From the NCBI GenBank assembly GCA_016699425.1, contig CP064975.1, positions 451,212 through 515,211 on the forward strand: 64,000 nucleotides of DNA, given 5' to 3'. Source of the stretch: Candidatus Moraniibacteriota bacterium (GTDB taxonomy: Bacteria; Patescibacteriota; Minisyncoccia; Moranbacterales; UBA1568). Below, piece by piece: positions 9,320 through 18,965 of this stretch (the stretch's first letter is position 1; each line of letters opens with the position of its first letter). Made by a program: the position numbers and the translations under genes. Below the pieces are notes generated by a model that was given only the letters and a program-made list of their open reading frames with translations, searched no databases and was not told the origin of the DNA.

Positions 9320-10891
9320 ATGTCAGACTCCGAGAAAAAGCCGGGTCCGGTTGTTCGAGTACGCTATGCACCCTCGCCGACAGGCCTGCAGCATATCGGC
9401 GGCCTCCGGACGGCGCTCTACAACTATCTCTATGCCCGGCAGCTCGGCGGGCAGTTTATCTTGCGTATCGAGGATACCGACCAGAAGCGTTTTGTCGAAG
9501 GGGCGCTCGAAAACACAATTCAGTTCCTGCGTGACTTCGGACTCCACTATGACGAGGGGCCGATTCTTATCGCCGACAAAGATCCTGACAATGACTCTGT
9601 GGGGATGCTGTCGAGTCGCTATCCGGGTGTGTATGAGCTCGGGCCTCATGCGCCCTATATTCAGTCCGAGCGCCTAGATCGGTATCAACAGGCGGCCGAT
9701 GGACTGGTGAAACAAGGGTTCGCGTACCACTGCTTCTGTAGCGAAGAGCGCCTCGCTGCACTTCGAACGAGGCAAGAGGGTGCGAAGCTCGCGCCGCGCT
9801 ATGATCGCGAGTGCCTGAAGCTCCCGGCGGCCGAAGTGAAAGAGCGCCGCGCGCAGGGCGAGGCGAGTGTCATCCGTTTCAAGATTCCAGAGAGTGGGAA
9901 GTTTACCGTGACGGATATCTTGCGTGGAACGATTGATGCGGACACAGCCGAGCTCGATGATTTCGTCATCTTGAAGTCCGATGGCTACCCGACGTATCAC
10001 TTGGCCAATATCATCGATGATCATCAGATGGCGATCACGCATGTCTTGCGCGCGGTGGAGTGGCTGCCGAGCTTGCCTAAGCATATCCTCCTGTACCAAG
10101 CACTCGGTTGGGAGGCGCCCAAGTTTGCGCACCTCTCCGCCATCCTCGGTCAGGACGGGAAGAAAAAACTTTCCAAGCGCGATGGTGATGTGTCGGTGGA
10201 TTCATTCGTCGCCGGTGGTTACTTACGTGAAGCCCTTATCAACTTCGTCGCGCTCCTCGGTTGGAACCCAGGGAAGGGGAGTACCCAAGAAATCTTCACG
10301 CTCGATGAACTCGTGCAGACATTTTCACTCGAGCACTTGAATAAAGCGGGCGCGGCCTTCGATCGGGCGAAACTTGACTGGATGAATCATGAATACATCG
10401 TCCGGAAATCGGACCACGAATTGCTCGCGCTCATCCGTGCGGGCGGCTTTCTAGAGAAAAAAGACTGGTATGTCAAAGCACTTCCGGACTACAAGACGGA
10501 TGAACACCTCTTGAAAGTCATCACGCTCGAAAAGGACCGGCTCAAAACACTCGCTCAATTCGGCGATGACAATCCTTTCCTCTTTGGTGATGTGCTCGAG
10601 TATCCGGCGGCTCTGCTCCCTTGGAAAGAAAATACGATTGATATGACTCGGGCTTCACTGCAACAAGCCCGATCAATGCTCGCATCCATGGCGGAAATAG
10701 AATGGAGTCGCGAGACGCTCACGACACGCCTCTTGGCTGAGGCTGGGGAGAAGCGTGGGGATTTCCTCTGGCCGCTCCGAGTCGCACTGTCAGGCCGAGA
10801 CCGATCGCCCTCGCCGATGGATATTGCTTGGGTGCTCGGCAGGGAACGTTCCCTGTCACGCCTCGATGTCGCTCTAGGGAAACTGCCGTAA
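9320..10891 (+). CDS. gltX: glutamate--tRNA ligase
   Basis: HIGH-type motif (PSPTGLQHIGG) and KMSKS-type motif (KLSKRDG). An extended -10 (TGgTATAAT) sits 8 nt upstream of the ATG. Confidence 0.9.
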   Translation: MSDSEKKPGPVVRVRYAPSPTGLQHIGGLRTALYNYLYARQLGGQFILRIEDTDQKRFVEGALENTIQFLRDFGLHYDEGPILIADKDPDNDSVGMLSSRYPGVYELGPHAPYIQSERLDRYQQAADGLVKQGFAYHCFCSEERLAALRTRQEGAKLAPRYDRECLKLPAAEVKERRAQGEASVIRFKIPESGKFTVTDILRGTIDADTAELDDFVILKSDGYPTYHLANIIDDHQMAITHVLRAVEWLPSLPKHILLYQALGWEAPKFAHLSAILGQDGKKKLSKRDGDVSVDSFVAGGYLREALINFVALLGWNPGKGSTQEIFTLDELVQTFSLEHLNKAGAAFDRAKLDWMNHEYIVRKSDHELLALIRAGGFLEKKDWYVKALPDYKTDEHLLKVITLEKDRLKTLAQFGDDNPFLFGDVLEYPAALLPWKENTIDMTRASLQQARSMLASMAEIEWSRETLTTRLLAEAGEKRGDFLWPLRVALSGRDRSPSPMDIAWVLGRERSLSRLDVALGKLP

Positions 10892-10923
10892 CACGCCTCC
10901 TCGCAGACCAAAAGAAAAACACC

Positions 10924-12222
10924 ATGTCTCGCAAAAAAACACTCCAGACATCCCTTCTCAGCAGCAGTCTTTGGGCTTCTTTCTGTTTGCTTCTTGTCGG
11001 GACAGTGACACTCAGTGAGCGTGTGCGGGCCGAGGATACATTGGATACGCTCACCGCCGAGCAACAGGACGCGCTCGATGACCGACAGGATGAGCTCGAT
11101 GATATCAAGGCCAGGATTAAGGCTTACAAAGAAATTGTCGGCTTGAAGCAGCGACAGGGAGCCGTGCTCGGTGATCAGATCGAAGGACTCGAGGCGCAGG
11201 CAAAGATGCTCGAGTTGCAGATCGGCCAGAATCAGCAGGCCTTGGCGGAAATCCAATCCGATGTTCAGATCCTCGCCGAACGGATCAGTCAGAAAGAGGG
11301 CTTCATCGTGAAGCAGCGAGACATCCTCTCGGAAATCATGCGGGGCTACTACGCGGATCAGTCGACGCTCATCCCGAGTGAGTTCATCGTGAATGCGTCG
11401 CGCGTCGCCAATCCGCTTCAGGAAAGCGAATGGAAATCGGAAACGGGCGCCAAGGTGAGCGAGGTGCTCTCATCACTCAAGTCATTGCGTGAGGGTCTGA
11501 AGAGCGAACATGCGGCGCTCCTCGACAAAGAGAAGGCGGCTGATACACTTCGGCTTCAACTCGAAGAGCAGGATGCCAGGCTCGACTCGACTAAAGAAAG
11601 TAAAGCCAAGCTCTTGGCCAAGACTCAGTCGGAGGCACAGAAGTACGATGCCCTCGTCGATGACCTAGAAAAACAACGCGAGGAAATCGAAAATGAAATC
11701 GAATCCATCGAATCGGGAAAAATTGATGCGCTCGACACGAAGGATATACCTGCCTTCAGCAAGGGACTCCTGAGTTATCCGCTAAAAAACGCGATTCAGA
11801 CCCAAGGGTATGGCAAGACCAGTTTCGCTAAGAAATCAAACTTCTATAAGTCAGGATTCCACAACGGTATCGACTTTGGAACCGCCACTGGTACGAGTGT
11901 GCTCGCTGCAGCTGACGGCAAAGTCATCGCTATCGGCAACAACGGGCGCTATGCCTATGGCCGCTACATCGCTGTCGATCACGGCAATGGTCTGGTGACG
12001 ATGTACGGGCACCTGAGCTCCGTCACGCGGAAGCTTGGCGACAAGGTGAAGCGGGGAGACACGATCGCGAAGTCTGGCAATACCGGTAACTCGACTGGAC
12101 CACATGTCCATTTCACCGTCTTTTCGGCCAAATCATTTGATATCGTACCATCAAAGATCGTGAGTAGTTTGAAAGACATTCCAGTCGGTGCGACCGTCAA
12201 TCCCAAAGTCTATCTCCCGTAA
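10924..12222 (+). CDS. M23 family metallopeptidase with signal anchor and coiled-coil (EnvC-like murein hydrolase activator/peptidase)
   Basis: Start at ATG 10924 (MSRKKTLQ...); the listed ORF start is 10828. Long coiled coil. C-terminal LytM/M23 motifs (HNGIDFG, HGNGLVTMYGHL, GNTGNSTGPHVHF). Confidence 0.75.
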   Translation: MSRKKTLQTSLLSSSLWASFCLLLVGTVTLSERVRAEDTLDTLTAEQQDALDDRQDELDDIKARIKAYKEIVGLKQRQGAVLGDQIEGLEAQAKMLELQIGQNQQALAEIQSDVQILAERISQKEGFIVKQRDILSEIMRGYYADQSTLIPSEFIVNASRVANPLQESEWKSETGAKVSEVLSSLKSLREGLKSEHAALLDKEKAADTLRLQLEEQDARLDSTKESKAKLLAKTQSEAQKYDALVDDLEKQREEIENEIESIESGKIDALDTKDIPAFSKGLLSYPLKNAIQTQGYGKTSFAKKSNFYKSGFHNGIDFGTATGTSVLAAADGKVIAIGNNGRYAYGRYIAVDHGNGLVTMYGHLSSVTRKLGDKVKRGDTIAKSGNTGNSTGPHVHFTVFSAKSFDIVPSKIVSSLKDIPVGATVNPKVYLP

Positions 12223-12227
12223 GAGCT

Positions 12228-12671
12228 ATGACTACTACGATCAGCGGTGATGATCCCTCGTTGCCACATGCAGTCGCCGGTTTTTTCTTTTGCCCTGGGA
12301 CGGGGAGAGTGCTCCTCCATCAGCGTGATGGTCAGACCACGATCAACCCGCACAAGTGGGCCTTCTTCACGGGTCTCGTAGAATCGGACGAGTCCCCGCT
12401 GGCTGCTTTTGTGAGAGAGATCAGCGAAGAGATCGGCTATGTGCTCTCGAGCAACCTGGTTGAGGCGCTCGATACGTATCTGAATGAAGAGCGGCAGACA
12501 ATGCGCCATGTGTATTGTTGTCGCGTCAAAGAAGAATTCTTACCAGAGCATGTGAACGAAGGGGCGGGTGTTGGTTGGTATTTGCTCTCAGATGCGTTCC
12601 ATCTCGACATGACCGATCTAACTCGGCGCGATCTAGAGAAATTCGCTGCGCGTCTTGATCGAGTGGTCTAA
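12228..12671 (+). CDS. NUDIX hydrolase
   Basis: Nudix box GLVESDESPLAAFVREISEEIG. Confidence 0.7.
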   Translation: MTTTISGDDPSLPHAVAGFFFCPGTGRVLLHQRDGQTTINPHKWAFFTGLVESDESPLAAFVREISEEIGYVLSSNLVEALDTYLNEERQTMRHVYCCRVKEEFLPEHVNEGAGVGWYLLSDAFHLDMTDLTRRDLEKFAARLDRVV

Positions 12672-13011
12672 AAATAAAAAACTGCGCTGGCTCCCCTGCG
12701 GATTTTTTCGGAAAAAGAGGGGAGTGAGGGGTGCATGGATGTACCCAGAATTTCGATGAAATATTGCCAGATAGGGTTGGGCGAATACCATCGGTTACTG
12801 TTCAAAGAAAACAGGCATGCTATTTTCCACTCGTGTGCAGCACATAGATAGAGGGGAGAGGTAGAAGTACGGTCACGATCATCCAGAAGCAAAACGAAAA
12901 GAATAACGGATAGAAGATGGTGAGATGAAGGGAGATACTTTACATACCGAGCCCGACCCGCGATCCTGAGCTCTCTCTAACATGTCTCATAAGTTACATA
13001 AGACGACGTGT

Positions 13012-13056
13012 AAAGTAAAAAGAGCGACCGTCCACTAGTGATACATGTGGACGGTC
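13012..13056 (-). terminator. rho-independent terminator downstream of the GGDEF gene
   Basis: Perfect 10-bp stem GACCGTCCAC/GTGGACGGTC (13026-13056), followed on the minus strand by a T-rich tract. Confidence 0.5.
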
Positions 13057-13090
13057 AATATGCATTCTTATTTCCGAAGGATCAGGGATG

Positions 13091-13873
13091 TCACTCCACG
13101 GTGATGCTATCCGGTGCGGTAGCGATGCAACTGCCGGGACCGACTGCTTGCTTGGCCTCGTACATCGCCTCATCAGCCGCTCGCCTGAGTAGACCAATCA
13201 ATCCCCATGCTCCCCGCTCAGTTCGGAATTTCCCATGAGCGATCCCTATGGAACAGGTGGCGTGGTGACCGGCCATTTTCAGTTCCTCATCGGCCGCCAG
13301 AGCCTTCACCAGATCCTGAGCTCGTTTCAAGATGGCATCTTGTGTTGCCCCGATGGCATAGACGACAAACTCGTCGCCGCCCCATCGGATGACGATGTCA
13401 TCCGCACGCAACTCCCTCCCGAGATGCTTCGCGATAGCTACGAGCACTCGATCTCCGGCATCATGGCCATAGACGTCATTGATTTGCTTGAATTTGTCAA
13501 TATCGACGACAATGACGGAGACATCGGCCCACAGAAGAGTCGCTGGGTCACAATTGTGCTCGTGCCGCCTGTAGGATGCCAAGGCTCGCTCGAACTCATA
13601 TTCACCGCCACGCCGATTGAACAGTCCGGTGAGTGGCTCAAGCATCGCCACTCGTTCGAGTGCGATGTAGGTTTGCTTCCAACCCTTAATCTCCTCCTCC
13701 AGTTTGCTCACTTTTCGAGCAAGAACCCGATTGTCGTAGTCGCGACGATCAAGTTCGACTTGCGACGACGCTTTCTCGATCACCTGCGGACCTGGCCCAG
13801 GAGAGAAATCGTCCCTCCCAAGCAAGGCGTAAAATAGCTGACTGGCGATACTTTCTCTACGAAACGTTGCCAT
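13091..13873 (-). CDS. GGDEF-domain diguanylate cyclase with N-terminal coiled coil
   Basis: Intact RWGGDEF active-site motif. The cyclase core precedes it (DIDKFKQINDVYGHDAGD). Confidence 0.8.
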   Translation of the reverse strand: MATFRRESIASQLFYALLGRDDFSPGPGPQVIEKASSQVELDRRDYDNRVLARKVSKLEEEIKGWKQTYIALERVAMLEPLTGLFNRRGGEYEFERALASYRRHEHNCDPATLLWADVSVIVVDIDKFKQINDVYGHDAGDRVLVAIAKHLGRELRADDIVIRWGGDEFVVYAIGATQDAILKRAQDLVKALAADEELKMAGHHATCSIGIAHGKFRTERGAWGLIGLLRRAADEAMYEAKQAVGPGSCIATAPDSITVE

Positions 13874-13992
13874 GCTGCTCTCCTTCGGTGGTTGAAAATT
13901 GTCAAAGAAACCCTATACTAACATATTAGCATAGCCTAGTCAATAGGCGTTTCCTAGAAGGACTCTTTTCGTCGGTGCGCTATAATACCCTT

Positions 13993-15150
13993 ATGAGACT
14001 CTCGTATTCTAGCCTGGATACATACCAGAGCTGCGCCCTGAAGTACAAATACCGCGAAATCGACAAACTCCCTGAGGAAAAATCCAAGGAAGCCGTGTTT
14101 GGTACACTCATCCACGCGACGATGAAATTCATCCATGAGCCGGCGCTCATCCCGCCGACCGTCGAACAGGCGATCGACCACTTCGGTAAGCATTGGAAGG
14201 GGGATTTGTTTGAAGATGAGCTGGAGGAACGCGCGGCCTTCGTCCAAGGAGTCGAGATGATCCAGCGGTACTACGAAGCGAATAGCATTTCCGAGGCGAA
14301 TCCCCTGGCCCTGGAGAGCCGCTTCTCGATCGAGATCGGCACTGAAGCCACGGGCAAACATATCATCGCGGGCGTGATCGATCGTATCGATCGAACCAGC
14401 AATGGCTACGAGATCATCGATTACAAAACGACGAAGAAAATGCCGAGCCAGGACAAAATCGACAATGACCTGCAGCTCTCCATCTACCTGCGCGCATTCC
14501 TCGACCGCTACCCCAAGGAATGGGAACGGCTCGACCAGATCACGGTCAGTCTCTATTTCCTCAAGCATGGCGTGAAGCTATCCTCCACGCGGACGCGGGA
14601 ACAGCTCGAGGCCCTTGATCAGACCTTCCTCGAAGTCATCCGATCGATCGAGGCAGGACACTTCGCCCCGACGCTCTCCCCGCTTTGTGACTGGTGCAGC
14701 TTCCAACCGATCTGTCCCCTGTGGAAACACAAATTCAAAGTGCTCCCCAAAGACCCAATTGAGAAAAGCGCGGCCGAACGAACGATCGAGGAGTTTCTCG
14801 TACTTCGGTCACAGATGACAAGTGATAAGAAGCGGCTGGCCGAGCTCCAGGAAGAAATCATGAAGTACATGGAACAGGAACAGGTCGAACGACTTTTCGG
14901 TTCGACTGGCATTATCGGGAAATCAGTGCGGACTTCGTACACGTATGATGAGGCGAAACTCCGTGCCCTCCTCTCCCCTATCGGTGAATGGGAAAATGTC
15001 GTGAAGGTTGACGGCGTCGCACTGAAGACGGTGCTCGCGGCATTGCCCGAAGCGGTTCGGAAAGAGGCCGAGAGCTATCGTGAAAAAAAAGAAAGTCTCT
15101 CTCTGTCGGTCAAAGCGGCTCGAGGCGAAACTGCTGAGGATGAAATATAG
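13993..15150 (+). CDS. PD-(D/E)XK nuclease family protein (RecB/Cas4-like, with C-terminal Cys cluster)
   Basis: Start at ATG 13993; the listed ORF start is 13975. TATAAT lies 7 nt upstream, so the mRNA may be leaderless. Nuclease motif (IDRIDR...EIIDYKTTKK). N-terminal Cys (YQSC) plus CDWCSFQPIC suggest a Cas4/AddB-type FeS cluster. Confidence 0.7.
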   Translation: MRLSYSSLDTYQSCALKYKYREIDKLPEEKSKEAVFGTLIHATMKFIHEPALIPPTVEQAIDHFGKHWKGDLFEDELEERAAFVQGVEMIQRYYEANSISEANPLALESRFSIEIGTEATGKHIIAGVIDRIDRTSNGYEIIDYKTTKKMPSQDKIDNDLQLSIYLRAFLDRYPKEWERLDQITVSLYFLKHGVKLSSTRTREQLEALDQTFLEVIRSIEAGHFAPTLSPLCDWCSFQPICPLWKHKFKVLPKDPIEKSAAERTIEEFLVLRSQMTSDKKRLAELQEEIMKYMEQEQVERLFGSTGIIGKSVRTSYTYDEAKLRALLSPIGEWENVVKVDGVALKTVLAALPEAVRKEAESYREKKESLSLSVKAARGETAEDEI

Positions 15151-15222
15151 GGTTTAGAAAATGAAGAGAGGAAGACAGCTCGTGGCGGCCTTCCTCAGTA
15201 TTGCGGAGTGAGGGACGATGCA

Positions 15223-15489
15223 TCACTTCTTCTTGCCTCCCCTCACAGGGGCTACTGTTGGTGCTGCAGTCATTTCAGTCTCGCCGGAAACGTATTTCCC
15301 TGCAGCCGTGTAGACGCCGCCCCCGACTCCAGCCGCCTTTCCGATGAAGGAGTCTGGATCTTTTTGGCTATAGTTGGTGAGTCCACCGCCCACGGCTTGG
15401 GCGAGGCCCCCAACTTGCGCGCAGCCACTAATGGTGATGACCGCTACCACCACCGTCACTCCCCTCAAAAAAGTAATGCTCTTCACTTT
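15223..15489 (-). CDS. glycine-zipper lipoprotein (putative)
   Basis: Probable GTG start (VKSITFL...) 8 nt after AGGAG; the listed ORF start is 15612. Lipobox-like VITISGC. Gly-zipper repeats (GGLAQAVGGGL, AAGVGGGV). Confidence 0.45.
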   Translation of the reverse strand, partial: KVKSITFLRGVTVVVAVITISGCAQVGGLAQAVGGGLTNYSQKDPDSFIGKAAGVGGGVYTAAGKYVSGETEMTAAPTVAPVRGGKKK

Positions 15490-15586
15490 GTGCTCCTTTT
15501 CTCTAAAAATCCGGACCAAGCGCCGGTACTTCAAGTTATAGGATATCTCCCTTATTTCGTCAAGGGATGCTGATTCATGACAATGC

Positions 15587-16768
15587 TTAGGCGGCCATTT
15601 TGAGCGGCTCAAAGTTCGCTCTCCAATCAGGCCAACCTAAATGCCGATTCCGGCTCATATCGAGGAAAGCAGCCAGTGAGGTGTATATCGCACGGTCGCC
15701 AGTGTCCAGCCGAGCTGTCTCTAGCTCCAGCATTTCATCCGCGATCCAGAGGTAGGCGATATAGTCCTGAATCAACCCTTGTTTGGCATGCAGAGCGAGG
15801 ACTTGCAGGGCTTTGAGTGGCGTTCCTCTCTCTTTGTAATGGCGCTTGCTCAGCATCGCATTCTCAACATCGGCGAGATGGATGATGTCGGCCAGATCAA
15901 TTGAAACCCGCATCGTCCCGACGGTAATCCGGTACTTCTTATCCTGGCTCGAGTGCTGGTGATGGGCTCCGGCGATCTCGCCCTCGACACCGTAGCCGAG
16001 TGTAGTGAGGATCTTTTCGGAGTACGCGTCATGGGTCCGCATGATTTTGAGTAGGCTGTCTTCGGGCGAACAGCCGCAGTGAGCGAGCTGCTCGATTATT
16101 TCAGTGTCGAGTGGCTGGTCGAGGAGGAGCCAGACAGGCGTGATCTCTTGAGGGCGGAGATGCAGGGTCGTATAGAGATACTGCAACAAAGTCCGAGAAT
16201 CCTGGATAGCGTCCGGTAATGCGAACTGTTCGCCAAACTTTTCCTTGAGGCGTGGAAGCAACACATCATCTCGGTGTTCGAACAAGATCTCGGCGCAGCG
16301 TGCATCTGGTACGTGATTCCCGAGGACAGCATGTGGTACCTCGATCTTGCCGATATCATGCAGGAGGCAGGCGCGATAAAATTGACGAAGATCAACACTC
16401 TCTTGCCGGAAGGTATCAGCGAGCACCACACCATTCCAGAGCACCTTCTCGACTTTTTCCCGAGCTATCTCATAGGTGCTGATGCAATGCTGCGCCGTCT
16501 CGGGATCGAAGAGCTCGAGCACAGCGAGCAGTTCCCAGCAATCCTCCCCGAAGTCATCTCGCATATCATGCATCTCCTTCTCGAAGCGTTGCTTGACCCG
16601 GTCGACAGCCTCACTGAGCAATCCTTGGTTCTTGAGCGTGTCGAGAATCCTGAGTGTGCGAAACTCGTTCAACTGACCGTGCTCTGGGAGCAGTTCGAGA
16701 TCGCGGGCGATGCCTCGGGCCTTGGTGTACCGGTCTTCGGGTGGTTCCGGGGTCTCCCAGTGATTCAT
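15587..16768 (-). CDS. HD-domain metal-dependent phosphohydrolase
   Basis: HD motif (CLLHDIGK) and a downstream His cluster (AGAHHQH). No clear GYP motif was seen. Confidence 0.6.
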   Translation of the reverse strand: MNHWETPEPPEDRYTKARGIARDLELLPEHGQLNEFRTLRILDTLKNQGLLSEAVDRVKQRFEKEMHDMRDDFGEDCWELLAVLELFDPETAQHCISTYEIAREKVEKVLWNGVVLADTFRQESVDLRQFYRACLLHDIGKIEVPHAVLGNHVPDARCAEILFEHRDDVLLPRLKEKFGEQFALPDAIQDSRTLLQYLYTTLHLRPQEITPVWLLLDQPLDTEIIEQLAHCGCSPEDSLLKIMRTHDAYSEKILTTLGYGVEGEIAGAHHQHSSQDKKYRITVGTMRVSIDLADIIHLADVENAMLSKRHYKERGTPLKALQVLALHAKQGLIQDYIAYLWIADEMLELETARLDTGDRAIYTSLAAFLDMSRNRHLGWPDWRANFEPLKMAA

Positions 16769-16820
16769 ATCGTATATTCAGCGGTCGTATTCTCCCTCTA
16801 TACTCTTGTGAGCGCTTGCC

Positions 16821-17231
16821 TCACAGCGTCGCAGCCTCTGCTCCGATCAGTGGGCGTAAAGTCTGATCCATTCCGGTGATATGCTCAACCCACCATGTTT
16901 CGAGAAAATCGAGAAGCTCTTCAGCTCGGACATGCGAGTCGCCCGTCTTGAGCAGTAGACCATTGAGGTTTTTCTTGTAGGCCTGATGAATAGCGAGATG
17001 CTGTTCCTTTTCCGGATACTCATACCGTGAGAAAAATGTCTCCTCAGTCTGAAAGTGATACTCTCCGTAGTTGACGGCATCCTCGAAGAACTGCGTCAGG
17101 TCGATCTCGGAGGTCGACGTCAGTAATTCCTGAAACAGCGCATTGATAATCTCGATCATATGCTGATGCTGCTCGTCGATCACTTGAATGCCGACACTGT
17201 ACCCGCTATGCCATTGAATGGGGGTTTCCAT
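16821..17231 (-). CDS. hemerythrin-like metal-binding protein (bacteriohemerythrin)
   Basis: N-terminal W-x-x-x-YSVG-x-x-x-ID-x-QH pattern. Conserved His/Glu positions (HFQTEE, HITGMD). Confidence 0.65.
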   Translation of the reverse strand: METPIQWHSGYSVGIQVIDEQHQHMIEIINALFQELLTSTSEIDLTQFFEDAVNYGEYHFQTEETFFSRYEYPEKEQHLAIHQAYKKNLNGLLLKTGDSHVRAEELLDFLETWWVEHITGMDQTLRPLIGAEAATL

Positions 17232-17342
17232 ACGCGCTTCAGACTCATTGGTTTATGTGTAACAAAAAAACCGACGGCTTTCCATAATCCGATTGTAGCA
17301 CACGGATACTACCCCACCTCAACGGAGGGTATGGCTGAAGGG

Positions 17343-18305
17343 CTAGATATCATTCAGGGTATGCCGGATAGTCAGCTTTCCTGTAGCGGGGTCCTTATGG
17401 AGGATGCCAATCACGTTTGACAGTTTCTTTCTTCGAAGGTTCAGTTCATCGAATTCATCTTCCGTGAGGTCGCCCTCTGGATTCCATTGTGAGAGTGGCT
17501 CGGAGAGTGACCCCGATTTGTTTAATCGTATGAGTTCAGGGTAAATAGTCTTCTCGAGGAACGGCTTGGCCAGCGATCTCATCCGCATTGCCTCGTGGAT
17601 GTCCTCCACCTCTTTATAGATGAAAGTCGCAACATCCACGGTTCCAAAGATGGCCTCTGCCTGATCAAATGCCGCGTAAAGCTGTCGCAGTTCGGGGGTC
17701 CTAATACGTTCGATCAAGCCCTCCCCCTCTGGGAATTCCGCCAACTCACCACCAGTAGACAAAGTGGTACGTTCCTTGGCTTCTTCTGCTGTGTGCCCGG
17801 CTGACTCGCTATCGGCGGGCACAAAGGTCAGTCTCTTGGCTCCTTCTGGAGCAACTTCTACAGCGCTGCCCTCGATGATCACTGGCGCTGTTCGATGAGC
17901 GGTAGATGATAGTGTCTCTTGCACCTCCTCATCGGTCCACTGATCGGTCCATTTGCCAGTAGCTTCATCGTACGTAGAAAAAGTAGCACCGCCAGTACAC
18001 CGATCTTCATTGGGATCATCCAGGAATGCGCCCGCATAGTATGCGACTTCGATATTCGTCGACAGGGATCGATCGCCTACCCGTCGGTATGTATAGAGCG
18101 CGTCGTTTCCATCCAGACCGGTTACGGCCACTTCATACAGTAACACTCCACCTTGTTCGTCTTTCTGAACCCGCACCTCCCGGAGGCTTTCTTGTTTGGT
18201 CAATTTCTCAAGTCGGACTCTCAGCTGCTCCTGGATTTCTTGAAGTGTAAGAAACCGTGGGCCTTTTTCTGGGGTCGGTGCTTGGGATGGAATGTCGTAA
18301 TTCAT
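17343..18305 (-). CDS. hypothetical acidic protein
   Basis: 320-aa ORF, Glu/Asp-rich, with no recognisable motif. Confidence 0.4.
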   Translation of the reverse strand: MNYDIPSQAPTPEKGPRFLTLQEIQEQLRVRLEKLTKQESLREVRVQKDEQGGVLLYEVAVTGLDGNDALYTYRRVGDRSLSTNIEVAYYAGAFLDDPNEDRCTGGATFSTYDEATGKWTDQWTDEEVQETLSSTAHRTAPVIIEGSAVEVAPEGAKRLTFVPADSESAGHTAEEAKERTTLSTGGELAEFPEGEGLIERIRTPELRQLYAAFDQAEAIFGTVDVATFIYKEVEDIHEAMRMRSLAKPFLEKTIYPELIRLNKSGSLSEPLSQWNPEGDLTEDEFDELNLRRKKLSNVIGILHKDPATGKLTIRHTLNDI

Positions 18306-18330
18306 AATGTTTGAAATACATTTGCTGCAA

Positions 18331-18356
18331 CTCTGGGACGAAGTTGGAACTTTTAT
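18331..18356. repeat. gene-terminal 24-26-bp motif, copy 1 (CTCTGGGACGAAGTTGGAACTTTTAT)
   Basis: One of four near-identical copies. This copy overlaps the TAA stop of the minus-strand PPase-like gene. Confidence 0.8.
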
Positions 18357-18715
18357 CTCACGACTTCACTATCATATAGATGCTCCTGAAAAGCAACTTG
18401 ATTCATGATTTCTTCATCAGAATAGGCTATTCCTTCTGGAACCACCACAAGCTTATCGTCATCATCATTTCTTCTATGAATTATAGCAATGCAAATTCCC
18501 TCCACTTTTGTGAGTGGTTCATTAGCGCCTAAGAAGTAGGCGTCCAGGTCATCTCCATCAGGAGCTAAAACATGGGGTACATACCCATAATTTACAGGGT
18601 AGGAATCAATTTTATGAGGCTCGTATGAGGAGCCGATTGGTTGGTCAAATTCAAGCTGAACTTTTTTTCCAAGAAAAGTGCGAGCAATTTCTAGTGATTT
18701 AGAGACTTCTTCCAT
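18353..18715 (-). CDS. inorganic pyrophosphatase family I-like protein, N-terminally short (possible remnant)
   Basis: YPVNYGYVPHVLAPDGDDLDAYFLG matches the PPase core YPxNYGYIxxTLxxDGDPxDVLV. Only about 40 aa precede it. Low-GC segment. Confidence 0.45.
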   Translation of the reverse strand: MEEVSKSLEIARTFLGKKVQLEFDQPIGSSYEPHKIDSYPVNYGYVPHVLAPDGDDLDAYFLGANEPLTKVEGICIAIIHRRNDDDDKLVVVPEGIAYSDEEIMNQVAFQEHLYDSEVVR

Positions 18716-18729
18716 TTATTAAATTTATC

Positions 18730-18745
18730 AGCTGGGGAGGAAGGG
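18730..18745. repeat. 16-bp direct repeat GCTGGGGAGGAAGGGA, identical to the tRNA-Gln 3' end (putative attL-type island junction)
   Basis: Exact 16/16 match to 23237-23252, which lies inside tRNA-Gln. Confidence 0.7.
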
Positions 18746-18939
18746 AATCTTACTCGCTTCGCTCTTTGAGAACCCCTCGGTTCTCAACACTCGCAGACTC
18801 GCTGCTCTCCGCCACGGGAAAACTCCCGTTTTCCCGACCCCTGCCTACCGGCAGGCAGGCCTTTCCCTGTTCGATCCCTTACCTTTCCATTATAAACAAA
18901 AACACCCACAAGGGGTATTTCCGTTTACAAAAGCTGAGG

Positions 18940-18965
18940 CTCTGGGACGAAGTTGGAAATTTTAT
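18940..18965. repeat. gene-terminal motif, copy 2 (CTCTGGGACGAAGTTGGAAATTTTAT)
   Basis: Overlaps the stop of the methyltransferase gene. Confidence 0.8.

Noticed and set aside
16274-16879. 201-aa plus-strand ORF
   Set aside because: Antisense to the HD-domain gene. No motif.
18790-18890. Possible tRNA remnant inside the island (TGTTCGATCCC segment)
   Set aside because: It contains a T-arm-like GTTCGATCCC, but no acceptor, D or anticodon arms could be assembled. Too weak to call.
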